NCBI GenBank assembly: GCA_002441005.1
Contig: DJWO01000014.1
Span: forward strand, 88,662-152,661
Reading direction: 5' to 3'
DNA: 64,000 nt
Source of the DNA: Candidatus Aminicenantes bacterium UBA6228
GTDB taxonomy: Bacteria > Acidobacteriota > Aminicenantia > Aminicenantales > Saccharicenantaceae
Position 1 is the first letter of the stretch; every line of letters starts with the position of its first letter. Shown piece by piece: positions 1 through 10,317 of the stretch. The notes below the pieces were generated by a model that saw nothing but the letters and a program-made list of their open reading frames with translations, was not told the DNA's origin and made no database searches. The translations under genes were made by a program, and so were the position numbers.

Positions 1-488
1 TCGGTAGAAACACCGGCCAGCCCGATTCTAATGGTTCCGTCCGGAGACAGTTGATTGGGATCAATAAAGACCTCAGGCTGACCATCCAGGCCTTTTTGAA
101 CATAAATCACCGACTGATTCTGAAGCCCATCATTCTTATAAAAGAAGTAATATTCTCCGGCTCTAAAAGGTTGTCCAAGACGCGGGTAATTATAGAGATC
201 TTTTAATCTCTCACCTATTCTCTGCCGGTAAGGGATTTTATCCAGGTAGGCGAAAGTTATCTTATTTTGCTCTTCGACCCATTTTTTGGTCTCCTCTGAA
301 TTATCATCTTCGAGCCAGCGGTAGGGATCGGGTACTTTCGTGCCAGAATAATCATCAACCACCTCTACTTTTTTGGTCTGAGGATAAATGATTTTTTCTT
401 GGGCCGGCTGGCGGCAAGCCGCCAGCACCAGCCCCAGACCAATAGTAACTAAAGCCAGGCTAAAGACTAACATTTTCTTATCCTTCAT
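1..488 (-). CDS. Prolyl oligopeptidase family (S9A) lipoprotein, N-terminal part (runs off the window)
   Basis: Not in the ORF track. Manual translation from ATG 488 (AGGAGG RBS): MKDKKMLVFSLALVTIGLGLVLAAC (lipobox), then YPQTKKVEVVDDYSGTKVPDPYRWLEDDNSEETKKWVEEQN and KNDGLQNQSV, the typical POP N-terminus. Confidence 0.88.
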   Translation of the reverse strand, partial: MKDKKMLVFSLALVTIGLGLVLAACRQPAQEKIIYPQTKKVEVVDDYSGTKVPDPYRWLEDDNSEETKKWVEEQNKITFAYLDKIPYRQRIGERLKDLYNYPRLGQPFRAGEYYFFYKNDGLQNQSVIYVQKGLDGQPEVFIDPNQLSPDGTIRIGLAGVST

Positions 489-786
489 AAAAAGCCTCCT
501 CAAAAATCAAGGCAGTCTTTATTAATAACATAACCAGAGGCTTTATGCCACCAAAATCTGACCTCCGGACCGTCTTTAGTATTGAGCTTTAATCTTATTT
601 CTGCCCGGAGAAAGATCAGACCCATCCGCCAGAAGATTATTGCCAGGCGGCTTGTCTCTGTGATATTTTATTTGGCTTAAAGTAAAGGAGGTCGGCTATG
701 TTTGCTACCATTTTTGCCCTGTTTATTTTGCCGGCTGCTATTATTCTTTTAGCCTTTATTCTGACCCTTAATAAAGGAGGGTCAAA

Positions 787-2277
787 ATGAACGTTCTTGG
801 TGTTCAGACCAGTCCCTGGGCTCTGGTTGCCTTTTTGCTTTATGTCATTATGATGGTAGCCGTTGGCCTCATTACCACCCATTTCTCCTCCCGCGGAATA
901 GGAGAGTTTTTCCTCGGCGGCCGCAAGATGAAATCCTTTGTGGTCGCTCTGTCAGCCGTCACTTCCGGCCGTTCGGCCTGGCTGCTCATCGGAGTTTCGG
1001 GCATGGCTTTTACCCGCGGCGTCTCAGCTGTCTGGTCAGTCGTTGGCTATGTTCTGGTTGAACTCTTTATGTTTGTTTTCGCCGGGAAAAGATTACGTTA
1101 TTTTACTGGCAAAAAGGGCGATATCACCATTCCGGATTATATGGAGTCAAGATTTGATGACCAGCGGCATCTGCTCCGGCTGGTTTCTTTGATTCCTATT
1201 CTAATTTTTATGACCGCCTATGTCTCCGCTCAGTTCAGTGCTGGAGGAAAATCTCTCTCGGCCAGCTTTAATGTAACTCACCAGCAGGGTATCTTGATTA
1301 CGGCCGGGATTGTCATTTTTTATACGGTCCTGGGCGGCTTTCTGGCTGTTTGTTTGACTGATATGCTTCAGGGCATCTTCATGATTTTTGCCCTGATGAT
1401 TCTGCCCATTATCGCCATTGTTCAGTTTGGCGGGCTGGCTAAGCTTCTGAGCAGCCTGAAAGATATATCTCCTGGCTACCTCGATCCCCTGGCCCTGTCG
1501 GTCGGGGCCTTAATTGGTTTTCTGGGTATCGGCTTTGGTTCTCCCGGTAATCCTCACATCTTGAATAAATATATGAGCATTGAGAACCCGGAAAAGCTCA
1601 ATCAGACAGGCCTCATCGGGACTGTCTGGAATGTGCTGATGGGCTGGGGTTCTATTTTTATCGGGCTGGCCGGGCGGGCTATTTATCAGAGTGCCGCCAA
1701 CCTGCCCAGCCAGGATCCAGAGAACGTTTATCCTTTGCTCGGTTCCGAGCATCTCCATCCTTTTCTTTTTGGATTGACCATCGCTGCTATTTTTGCCGCC
1801 ATTATGTCCACCGCCTCTTCCCAGTTGCTGGTCGCTTCCTCGGCTGTGGTCCGGGATGCTTACCAGAAGATTTTAGCTGCCGGGCGCCAGATTCCGGAAA
1901 AAAGACTGGTCTGGTGGAGCCGGCTGGTCACCCTGCTGGTCTCTGTCATTGCTATTTTCCTGGCTGCCTATGGGGATAAACTTATTTTTTATCTTGTCCT
2001 TTTTGCCTGGGGCGGCCTGGGCGCAGCTTTCGGACCGGCTATCCTCCTCTCGCTCTACTGGAAGAGGACGACCAAAGAAGGAGCCATCGCCGGAATTCTG
2101 GTCGGGTCGGTGACCGAAATTGTCTGGTATCTTATACCTTCTCTTAGAGCGGCTATCGCCGAATATGTCCCGGCTTTTATTCTGTCTTTTATAGCCGTAG
2201 TTGTGGTCAGCCATTTTACCCGGCCACCGGAGCGGGCAGAAGAATATCTAAGATATATGAAAGGTCAGCTGGAATAA
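787..2277 (+). CDS. putP: Sodium:solute symporter, PutP (Na+/proline) like
   Basis: About 13 hydrophobic segments; FFLGGRKM, SAWLLIG, TDMLQG, AAIMST, AWGGLGAAFGP motifs; AGGAGG RBS. Substrate not determinable. Confidence 0.8.
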   Translation: MNVLGVQTSPWALVAFLLYVIMMVAVGLITTHFSSRGIGEFFLGGRKMKSFVVALSAVTSGRSAWLLIGVSGMAFTRGVSAVWSVVGYVLVELFMFVFAGKRLRYFTGKKGDITIPDYMESRFDDQRHLLRLVSLIPILIFMTAYVSAQFSAGGKSLSASFNVTHQQGILITAGIVIFYTVLGGFLAVCLTDMLQGIFMIFALMILPIIAIVQFGGLAKLLSSLKDISPGYLDPLALSVGALIGFLGIGFGSPGNPHILNKYMSIENPEKLNQTGLIGTVWNVLMGWGSIFIGLAGRAIYQSAANLPSQDPENVYPLLGSEHLHPFLFGLTIAAIFAAIMSTASSQLLVASSAVVRDAYQKILAAGRQIPEKRLVWWSRLVTLLVSVIAIFLAAYGDKLIFYLVLFAWGGLGAAFGPAILLSLYWKRTTKEGAIAGILVGSVTEIVWYLIPSLRAAIAEYVPAFILSFIAVVVVSHFTRPPERAEEYLRYMKGQLE

Positions 2278-2384
2278 ATTATCTTTCCAGACAGGCTGCC
2301 GCTCAGAACCAGTCCCGGCCCGGTCTTTAAAGCCTGGTCTTTTTCTGGTAACATTCAATGGATTTGATAATTGAGGTAAAGCCT

Positions 2385-3341
2385 ATGGCCAAGCGTTTTG
2401 GAATTATAACCAGGGATTGCGCCGGGATTAATGCTGCTTTAAGAGCTGTGGTCAGAACAGCGACGGGTAAGGAGACTGAAGTTTTTGGCATACTGCGGGG
2501 CTATGACGGGCTGATTGACGGCGAGCTGCGCCCCCTTGATCGCCGGGCGGTATCCGGCATCATCAATCTGGGTGGAACCATTCTGAAGTCGGCTCGCTCC
2601 GAAAGGTTTCTGACCCGGGAAGGCCAGGACCAGGCAGCCAAAACGATTGAAAAATATAAGCTTGATAGTTTAATAGTTATCGGTGGGAATGGCTCGCTAA
2701 CCGGAGCACATATCCTGGCAACTCAATATGGAGTTCAGGTAATCGGCCTGCCAGCTACGATTGACAATGATGTTAATCAGGTTGATCAATGTCTGGGAGC
2801 TGATACCGCCGTCAATGTCGCCCTGGATGCCCTGGATAAGATTCGTGACACCGCTACCAGTCTGGAGAGGATTTTTGTGGTGGAAGTCATGGGCCGCGAT
2901 TGTGGCTATATTGCCATGAAAGTGGCATTAGCCGGCGGCTGTGAAGATGTCATCCTGCCCGAACAGGACTTTGACCTCAATGAAATTTGCCGGGAGATTC
3001 AAGCCGGAAACGCTCAGGGCAAGGTCAGCTGGATTATTATTGTGGCTGAGGGCAAAGCCCGGGCCCAGGACGTGGCGACGGCCATCACTTTATTGACCGG
3101 GCTCGAGACCAGAATCGCCGTCCTCGGCCATATCCAGCGAGGCGGCCGCCCGACAGCTATTGACCGCCTGCTTGGAGCCAAGCTGGGCAGTGCCGCTGTG
3201 GAAGCTCTTCTGGCCGGGGAAACTGATAAATGTGTCGCTCTGAAAGATGAAGAGATTAAACTCATTCCCCTGGAAACAGCTATAAAACCTAAAAAACTGA
3301 TCTTTGAGCCTGAATACCGGTTGCTAAAGCTTTTATCCTGA
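2385..3341 (+). CDS. pfkA: 6-phosphofructokinase (PfkA family), with an atypical N-terminal loop
   Basis: GGTILKSAR, IGGNGS, PATIDND, VEVMGR and LGHIQRGG motifs. Start placed at MAKRFG (GAGG RBS) rather than 2358. Confidence 0.88.
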   Translation: MAKRFGIITRDCAGINAALRAVVRTATGKETEVFGILRGYDGLIDGELRPLDRRAVSGIINLGGTILKSARSERFLTREGQDQAAKTIEKYKLDSLIVIGGNGSLTGAHILATQYGVQVIGLPATIDNDVNQVDQCLGADTAVNVALDALDKIRDTATSLERIFVVEVMGRDCGYIAMKVALAGGCEDVILPEQDFDLNEICREIQAGNAQGKVSWIIIVAEGKARAQDVATAITLLTGLETRIAVLGHIQRGGRPTAIDRLLGAKLGSAAVEALLAGETDKCVALKDEEIKLIPLETAIKPKKLIFEPEYRLLKLLS

Positions 3342-3363
3342 AGCTAAACCGGCCTTCATCTTT

Positions 3364-5049
3364 TTATTTAGCTGATTTTTTCGGCAAACAGGGCATTTTA
3401 ATCTTATTCCGGCGGGCACAGGCGATAGCCTCTTCATAACCGGCATCAGCATGGCGGACAACACCAATCCCGGGATCAACGGTCAGGACACGTTCGAGAC
3501 GCTTAGCCATGGCGGCTGAACCGTCGGCCACGATCACCATGCCAGCATGAATAGACAGCCCAATTCCGACTCCGCCGCCATGATGAACCGACACCCAGGA
3601 AGCCCCATTGACCGCATTAAGCAGAGCATTAAGGATCGGCCAGTCAGCAATCGCATCCGAACCATCTTTCATCTTTTCCGTCTCCCGGTTAGGCGAAGCA
3701 ACTGAACCGGTATCTAAATGATCCCGGCCAATAACTATCGGGGCGCTTATTTTTCCCTTCTTAACAAGGGTATTTATTACATCGCCGAAAAGCGCTCTTT
3801 CTCCATAGCCAAGCCAGCAGAGACGGGCCGGTAGCCCCTGAAATTTGACCTTCTGCTGAGCATTTTTGATCCACCTGGCTAAAGACTCATCTTCAGGAAA
3901 CATCTTGAGCACGGCCTCATCGGTGGCATAAATGTCTTCCGGCTTGCCAGACAGGGCCACCCAGCGAAAAGGACCTTTCCCCAAGCAAAAAAGCGGCCTG
4001 ATATATTCTTGAACAAAACCGGGAATGTCAAAAGCTTTTTCCACACCTGCTTTTTGGGCCTGACCGCGGAGGTTGTTGCCATAATCAAAAGTTCTGGCCC
4101 CTCTTTTCTGAAGTTCGAGCATAGCCTCAACGTGAGCTGCCATTGATTCGTAGGAGCGGCGGATATAATCCTGTGGATTATTTTTTCTCAGCTCGAGAGC
4201 TTCCTCATAAGGCAACCCGCGAGGCACATAGCCATTGAGTTCGTCATGAGCTGAGGTTTGATCTGTCAGAACATCGGGCGTAATTCCTCTCTTAACCAGC
4301 TCAGGCAAAAGATCAGCAGCATTAGCCAGAAGGGCAATAGATAACGGCTGGCCTTTTTTACAGGCTTCGTTAGCCATTTTCAAAGCTTCATCCAAGCTCT
4401 CAGTCATGGTGTCAACATATTTAGTATCAAGACGGCGCTTGATTCTGACTGGATCAACTTCAGCAATAATGGCCACTCCCCCGTTCATGGTGACGGCCAG
4501 CGGCTGGGCACCACCCATGCCACCCAGGCCGGCGGTGACCACCAGTCTGCCCTTGAGCGATCCGCCAAAATGCTTCCTGGCAGCGGCGGCTAAGGTTTCA
4601 AAAGTGCCCTGTAGAATACCCTGAGTCCCAATATAGATCCAGCTGCCGGCGGTCATCTGGCCATACATGGTCAGGCCCAGAGCTTCCAGCCGCCGGAATT
4701 CATCCCAGGTAGCCCACTTTGGCACCAGCATAGCATTAGAAATCAAGACTCGCGGGGCTTCCAGGTGGGTTTTAAAGATACCCACAGGTTTGCCCGACTG
4801 AACGAGCAGAGTTTCATCGTTCTCGAGTTTTTTTAAGCTGCTGACAATGGCTCGAAAGCAATCCCAGTTACGAGCAGCTTTTCCGGTACCGCCATAAACA
4901 ATTAGTTCCTGTGGCTTTTCGGCCACCTCCGGATCGAGGTTATTCATCAGCATCCGCCTAGCCGCTTCTTGTGACCAGCCCCGGCAATGCAGACTGTTGC
5001 CGCGCGGAGCCCGGACAGGTTTATAAGCTATCTTTTCTTTTTCAGCCAT
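3364..5049 (-). CDS. hutU: Urocanate hydratase
   Basis: [68 protein letters not shown]. Confidence 0.97.
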   Translation of the reverse strand: MAEKEKIAYKPVRAPRGNSLHCRGWSQEAARRMLMNNLDPEVAEKPQELIVYGGTGKAARNWDCFRAIVSSLKKLENDETLLVQSGKPVGIFKTHLEAPRVLISNAMLVPKWATWDEFRRLEALGLTMYGQMTAGSWIYIGTQGILQGTFETLAAAARKHFGGSLKGRLVVTAGLGGMGGAQPLAVTMNGGVAIIAEVDPVRIKRRLDTKYVDTMTESLDEALKMANEACKKGQPLSIALLANAADLLPELVKRGITPDVLTDQTSAHDELNGYVPRGLPYEEALELRKNNPQDYIRRSYESMAAHVEAMLELQKRGARTFDYGNNLRGQAQKAGVEKAFDIPGFVQEYIRPLFCLGKGPFRWVALSGKPEDIYATDEAVLKMFPEDESLARWIKNAQQKVKFQGLPARLCWLGYGERALFGDVINTLVKKGKISAPIVIGRDHLDTGSVASPNRETEKMKDGSDAIADWPILNALLNAVNGASWVSVHHGGGVGIGLSIHAGMVIVADGSAAMAKRLERVLTVDPGIGVVRHADAGYEEAIACARRNKIKMPCLPKKSAK

Positions 5050-6502
5050 TTTTTACCTCCCCTGGTTTGTCTATTGCTTTTCTGGCTTCAGCTAAGCTAT
5101 CCAGCCTGGCCAGAGTTTTTTCTTTCCCCATCAGTTCCAGAACCTCAAAAATCCCTGGCCCCACCGACCGGCCGAGTAACAGAACTCTTAAAGCATGAAT
5201 GAAAACGGCCGCCTTCACCCCTTCTTTTTCTGCTCTGGCCCGCAAAACTTGTTCCAATTCAGCAGCCTTAAACGGCTCTATCCGTTTAAAATCCTCTTTT
5301 AGCTTCGGAAGAAGTTTTTCCAGCCCCGGCTCCAGCAGGTATTTTTTGACCGCTTCTGGATCATAGACGACCTGCCCGGAAATAAAAGGAGCCATCATCT
5401 CAGCCAGTTCGACCAGCGTCCTGCTCCTCGGCCTGACCAGTCCGACCAGTTTTGTCAACCAGTCCCTTTTTTCCTCAAGGTAAACCTCTTTCCACAGGTC
5501 TTTTTTCTCCAGCCAGGGACGGACTTCATTGACCAGGTCAGCCACCGGCATCTCATTAATCAAACGGCTATTCAGCCACTGAAGCTTATTGAGGTCAAAG
5601 ACCGGGCTGCCCTTGCTTATATGCTCAAGTGAAAATTCAGTGATCATTTCTTCCCGGCTATAAAGTTTTTCTTCGCGGCCTGGTGACCAGCTCAACTGAG
5701 CCATGAAATTGAAAAAGGCCAGAGGAAGATAACCCTGGTCACGAAAACTCAGAACAGCAGTGTGGCCATGTCTTTTGCTCAATTTCTTCCGGTCAGGCCC
5801 GAGGATCAGTGGTAAATGAGCAAACCTGGGCAGCTCGGCTTGAAAAGCCCGGTAGAGCAGAATTTGCTTGGGAGTATTGGTGATATGATCATCGCCTCTG
5901 ATCACATGGGTAATTCTGGCTTCAAGATCGTCAACTACCACTGACAGATGGTAGGTCGGAAAGCCGTCACTCCGCAGCAGGACAAAATCTTCAAGATTCT
6001 GATTTTCAACAGAGACGCGTCCGTGGATCAGATCTTCGAACTCAGTCAGGCCGGCTGGTATTAAAAACCTGATGGCCGCCGGCACTCCTTTTTTTAAGAG
6101 CTCATCTTTTTTCTCAGCCGGGAGATGAAGGCACTCGCGGTCATATTTCCAGTGCTGGCCCCGGGCCTTAGCTTCCTCCCGCCGCCTGTCAATTTCTTCC
6201 GGGGTACAGAAGCAGTAATAGGCCTGGCCATGAGAAACCAGCTGGCGCGCCGCCCGGCGGTAAACCTCAAAGCGCTGCGATTGATAGATTGGGCCCTCAT
6301 CCCAGTCCAGGCCGATCCAGCTAAGTGCTTCAAGAATAGTCCTGGTCATTTCTTCTGAAGAGCGGCTGACATCGGTATCTTCAATCCTCAGAACCAGCCT
6401 TCCTTTCTGCTGGCGGGCGAACAGCCAGTTAAACAAAGCTGTCCGGAGGGCGCCGACATGAAGCTGACCGGTCGGGCTGGGAGCAAATCTAACTCTAACC
6501 AT
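5042..6502 (-). CDS. gltX: Glutamate--tRNA ligase
   Basis: [12 protein letters not shown] (HIGH), [20 protein letters not shown] (KMSKS). Confidence 0.97.
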   Translation of the reverse strand: MVRVRFAPSPTGQLHVGALRTALFNWLFARQQKGRLVLRIEDTDVSRSSEEMTRTILEALSWIGLDWDEGPIYQSQRFEVYRRAARQLVSHGQAYYCFCTPEEIDRRREEAKARGQHWKYDRECLHLPAEKKDELLKKGVPAAIRFLIPAGLTEFEDLIHGRVSVENQNLEDFVLLRSDGFPTYHLSVVVDDLEARITHVIRGDDHITNTPKQILLYRAFQAELPRFAHLPLILGPDRKKLSKRHGHTAVLSFRDQGYLPLAFFNFMAQLSWSPGREEKLYSREEMITEFSLEHISKGSPVFDLNKLQWLNSRLINEMPVADLVNEVRPWLEKKDLWKEVYLEEKRDWLTKLVGLVRPRSRTLVELAEMMAPFISGQVVYDPEAVKKYLLEPGLEKLLPKLKEDFKRIEPFKAAELEQVLRARAEKEGVKAAVFIHALRVLLLGRSVGPGIFEVLELMGKEKTLARLDSLAEARKAIDKPGEVKNG

Positions 6503-6630
6503 AAAACAGTCTTTTTCCCGATGAAAAATTAAGACAGCTAAAATATAGCATACTAATTCCTCTTATTCAAAAATACCAAGACCGGCCAAAGCGCCTTTTC
6601 CCGCCTGTTTTTCCTGCTAAAAAAAATAGG

Positions 6631-6659
6631 TTGACTCCAAAAAATAATTTAAGTAGATT
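6631..6659 (+). promoter_or_regulatory. Sigma70-type promoter upstream of the diguanylate cyclase
   Basis: TTGACT-N17-TAGATT. Confidence 0.5.
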
Positions 6660-6724
6660 ATAAGCAAGCTAAGGTTTCTAAGGTCATTTAGGAGGACCCA
6701 GGGAAAAGTCATCTTCCCGCCATC

Positions 6725-8743
6725 ATGGCTCAGATAAGCGTCCTTGTTCTCGTTCATGAAGTAGAACAAGCTCTAAGAATAGTTAGAGTCTGTGAACGTG
6801 AGTTCCTGCCGGTCGTGGCTAACTCTCCAGAGGAAGTCCCGGCTCTCATCAGCCATCAAGATTTCTGGGTGATGGTCGTCGATAGCACCTATGCCGCTTA
6901 TGACCGCTGGAAAGACTTGATCAACAAAGACATTTCGGTCATTATCATCGGCCAGGATGAGACCCAGATTTACCAGATGCTCCTGAGCTGGCCCCAGGAA
7001 TATTATCTGGATTATGTCCTGGAAAGAAATGGGCAGTCCTTTGAGCCAATTCTTAGCCTGTTGCTGCAGCGAGCAGTCAAGGTTAGCCGGATCAAAAAAG
7101 AGTGGGCTGAACTCCAGCAATCGCTTTCCATGTCGGCCAGAAATACTAAGGAAATTTTCAGGCAGATCACTGAAATAAAACAGCTGATCAATCAGAATTA
7201 TTTGCGGGAACTTGAAAAGCGCATCTCGATTGAGGCCCGCTATATCTGGTCACAAAAGGAACGGCAAAAAACAGAAGACATTATCAGAAAAATTTATTCG
7301 GCTAATGATGTCGGCAGCCTGCTGGGCGTGGTGCCTGAAATAAAGGAATTATTAGAAGCCAGAGGCCTGACCATTTATCTGATTGAAGAGAACGAAACCC
7401 TGGGGAAGCATCTTAAACCAATAATCTGGGATGATACTTTTATCACCCATCCGGAAACTTTCAGATATGTGGCCAGAATGAAAGCACCTGACTTCGCCTC
7501 GGCTGTCGCCACCTACGGACTGGAGATCAATCTGGCCGACCCGGCCTCGGATCAGAGATTTTCTATTCGCTATCAGCATAATTTGAAAGAACCTCTGAAG
7601 AGTATTCTGGCTGTGCCCATTATCTATGAGGATCAGATCATTGGGGTGGTCGAAGTTTACAACAAAGTCTCCCCGGGGAACGAGGTTAAAGAAGGCTTCA
7701 GCCAGGAAGACCAGGAGATTCTACGCGGCCTGTCGGAGCACATCGGCATTGCTATGACCAAGCTCAATCTGATTCAGTATGATGCCCTGACTGGCTTGCT
7801 GCGGGCTGATCCTTTCTTCGACCGTATCCTGCAGAAAATTAACTCTATGAGCAAAAGAAGGAAAGAAGAAGGTTCTTTTGCCATGGTAATGGGCGATGTG
7901 GACTGGTTCAAGCACTACAATGACCGTAACGGTCATGAGGCTGGCAACCAACTGCTCCAGGAGCTGGCCCTCATTTTGCGTCAGTCCGTTCGGGAAGAGG
8001 ATTTAATCTGCCGTTATGGCGGAGAAGAGTTCCTGTTCTTTCTGGAAGGGGTAGTCAGCCTGGATGAAGCCTGCCAGCTGACCGACAGAATAAGAAAAAA
8101 TATTGAAGAACATTATTTTCCTTTTGAAGAATATCAGCCCAGAAACAATCTGACCATGTCTTTCGGCGTGACTGTCTTTCCCCGGCGGCAGATGGCCGAC
8201 AGCGATGGTCTGACCAAAGATGATTTAAAGCACCTGGTCCATGAATGCGACCTGGCCCTGGCGGCGGCCAAAGGCAAGGAAACCTGGAGATTACCTCCGG
8301 CCGAGGGTCCGGCCAAGCCCATCCTGAAAAACAAAGTGGTGGCTTATTCCCGCGATTGGGAAAGAGGCGATCAACTTTCAGCTACCTTTGCCTTCCAGGA
8401 AAAACTTTACCGGGAAAAGAGGCATTTCCAGAGATATTTCACAGCCACTTTTTTGATGTATAAAGAGGAAGATCAGCTCAAGGTCAGCAAAACTATTAAT
8501 TTGAGTCTGGGCGGAACTAAAATAATCTCAGAAAAACCCTTGCCGGTCTCCAGATCATTGGAAATTGTTCTGGTTCTGGGCAAGAAAGCCAGATCTTTAC
8601 AGACGGAAGTTGTTTACTCGGAAAAAGCTGGGACTGAAATTCCAACCTTTTATACCGGCCTGAGATTTAAAGACCTGAGTTCAGAAGACCTCAGCTTGCT
8701 GGAAGACTATTTCCAGGAAATTCAAAAGGAAACTTTTAATTAA
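6725..8743 (+). CDS. Diguanylate cyclase: REC-like/coiled-coil, GAF, GGDEF and C-terminal PilZ domains
   Basis: GAF (LAVPIIYEDQIIGVVEVYNK, FSQED); YDALTGL, DVDWFKHYND-GHEAG, REED I-site, RYGGEEF, SFGV; PilZ RHFQR and NLSLGG. Confidence 0.9.
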   Translation: MAQISVLVLVHEVEQALRIVRVCEREFLPVVANSPEEVPALISHQDFWVMVVDSTYAAYDRWKDLINKDISVIIIGQDETQIYQMLLSWPQEYYLDYVLERNGQSFEPILSLLLQRAVKVSRIKKEWAELQQSLSMSARNTKEIFRQITEIKQLINQNYLRELEKRISIEARYIWSQKERQKTEDIIRKIYSANDVGSLLGVVPEIKELLEARGLTIYLIEENETLGKHLKPIIWDDTFITHPETFRYVARMKAPDFASAVATYGLEINLADPASDQRFSIRYQHNLKEPLKSILAVPIIYEDQIIGVVEVYNKVSPGNEVKEGFSQEDQEILRGLSEHIGIAMTKLNLIQYDALTGLLRADPFFDRILQKINSMSKRRKEEGSFAMVMGDVDWFKHYNDRNGHEAGNQLLQELALILRQSVREEDLICRYGGEEFLFFLEGVVSLDEACQLTDRIRKNIEEHYFPFEEYQPRNNLTMSFGVTVFPRRQMADSDGLTKDDLKHLVHECDLALAAAKGKETWRLPPAEGPAKPILKNKVVAYSRDWERGDQLSATFAFQEKLYREKRHFQRYFTATFLMYKEEDQLKVSKTINLSLGGTKIISEKPLPVSRSLEIVLVLGKKARSLQTEVVYSEKAGTEIPTFYTGLRFKDLSSEDLSLLEDYFQEIQKETFN

Positions 8744-8772
8744 AGAGACCGGTCTCAGAATTAAAGCAGTTT

Positions 8773-10089
8773 TTAGATTTCCAGTTCTTTCTTCAGGATG
8801 GAATAATAAACCGAGGGCGGATTAATCCGGTCATCAAAACCGGAGATAATAGCCATAGTCTTCTGCTCAAAATGATTAAGATCCTCAGGCGCTCCCCAGT
8901 TTTGAGTGCGCAGCAAATCAACCAGGTCTTCAATTACTGCCTGATTCAAGAAATCCTGGGCCAGCAGGGGGAAAGTAAACCGTTTTTTTTCAGCCAGCCA
9001 GAGAACTTTTTGCAGGTATTTTTTCAAGCCTTCCTGCTCGGCAATTAATTCTCTTTTTAAAAAGAATTGCTCTTTAACCGAGCTGACTAAATTCAATTTG
9101 TAATAAGCCTTTTTAGCCTCTTCCACTGTCTTTTTGATTCTGTTAAGTATTTCCTGGATCTCAACAACACAATGGTCGTTCTTCTGGTAATAACCAATCC
9201 AGCCGGAACCATTGGCCGGTTCCTGATGATAAAAAGTCAGCAGCTCCTGGCGGTCAGTGTTGCTCTCCCCAGCCTCCTGGCCGGCGGTCTTTTCACCTTC
9301 AGCCGTCTTTTTACTGTTCATCTTTTCAGCCAGGCTTTTTTTTATTTCCTCAGCCAGTTTTTCTTCCAGGCTTGGTTCCCGCCAGGAGCCTGATTCTGGC
9401 TCGGCCTCAGCCCTGGTTTCAGTTTGGGCTTCGGCTTGACCAGGTGCCTTTAGTTCAATTTCTGCCTCTGGCTCGTCGCCGCTTTTCGCTTCCGGTCTCT
9501 CGTTTTCTATCTGGCTGGCAGGAGTGATTGTTCCACCTTTGATTTCCTGTTCGAACGTCAGCAGCTCTTTAACTTTTTGAAGCTTTTCGATCTCCGGGGT
9601 TAAGTCGATATCTTCAGCCGGAGCTGAGGCTTTTTCCACCAGCTCAGCTTTCAGCCCGAATTTTTCTTCCAGTTGCCTTTTTAAAAAGCCTGATTTTTCC
9701 ATAGACTGATTGCGAATTTCTTCCAGGCGGTCCTGCAGCCCGTTGATAACCCTAATGTCTTCTGAGGTTTCTTTAGCCAGCTCTTCGATTTTTTGCTGCC
9801 GCTCGACAATTTTATTCAAATACCCTCTGATTTTCTGCAGAATCTGGTTTCTTTCCTCTTCAAACTGCTCCCATAACTGACCGTATTCTTCCAGGGCCTG
9901 CCATTCTTGTTTAACTTCCTCTTCGATCTGAGTTAATTGCTGCCTGGCTAATTCACGTTCTTCCTGAATTCTCTGTTCTAATTTTTTTTCGATTTCCTCA
10001 TGCTGGCGGCGGAGATAACTCTCCAGTTGAGTCTCAATTTCCTGGATAATTGAAACCGGCTTTTTTTCTTCTTCGCTGTTTATGTCCAC
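8773..10089 (-). CDS. Hypothetical protein: long coiled coil, acidic linker, globular C-terminal domain
   Basis: E/Q/K-rich heptads. Start moved to GTG 10089 (AGGAG RBS) because the ORF-track start TTG 10146 is the -35 box of a consensus promoter. Confidence 0.75.
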   Translation of the reverse strand: MDINSEEEKKPVSIIQEIETQLESYLRRQHEEIEKKLEQRIQEERELARQQLTQIEEEVKQEWQALEEYGQLWEQFEEERNQILQKIRGYLNKIVERQQKIEELAKETSEDIRVINGLQDRLEEIRNQSMEKSGFLKRQLEEKFGLKAELVEKASAPAEDIDLTPEIEKLQKVKELLTFEQEIKGGTITPASQIENERPEAKSGDEPEAEIELKAPGQAEAQTETRAEAEPESGSWREPSLEEKLAEEIKKSLAEKMNSKKTAEGEKTAGQEAGESNTDRQELLTFYHQEPANGSGWIGYYQKNDHCVVEIQEILNRIKKTVEEAKKAYYKLNLVSSVKEQFFLKRELIAEQEGLKKYLQKVLWLAEKKRFTFPLLAQDFLNQAVIEDLVDLLRTQNWGAPEDLNHFEQKTMAIISGFDDRINPPSVYYSILKKELEI

Positions 10090-10117
10090 TGACCTCTCCT
10101 TTGACCTTGGCTCTTTC

Positions 10118-10146
10118 ATTCTAAAATCAGCCTGTATCTGTGTCAA
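10118..10146 (-). promoter_or_regulatory. Sigma70-type promoter of the coiled-coil gene
   Basis: Minus strand TTGACA (10146-10141)-N17-TAGAAT (10123-10118). Confidence 0.65.
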
Positions 10147-10317
10147 GATAAATTTCGGGTGAGGTCAGACAGTATTTTGAGGCTGAATCGCGAGGAGGAG
10201 AACCGGTAGCCGGGGGTGAGAGCCACAGGCTTTTCTCACCCCCCGCCAGATCAAAAAGTTGCAGTTCTGACTTCTCCCCAGCCGGAAAAAATCCCTATTG
10301 CTCTTTGGCCCTGAATA

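Noticed and set aside
787-5049. SSS transporter and hutU as a histidine-utilisation unit
   Set aside because: They are on opposite strands, separated by pfkA, with no hutH, hutI or hutG nearby.
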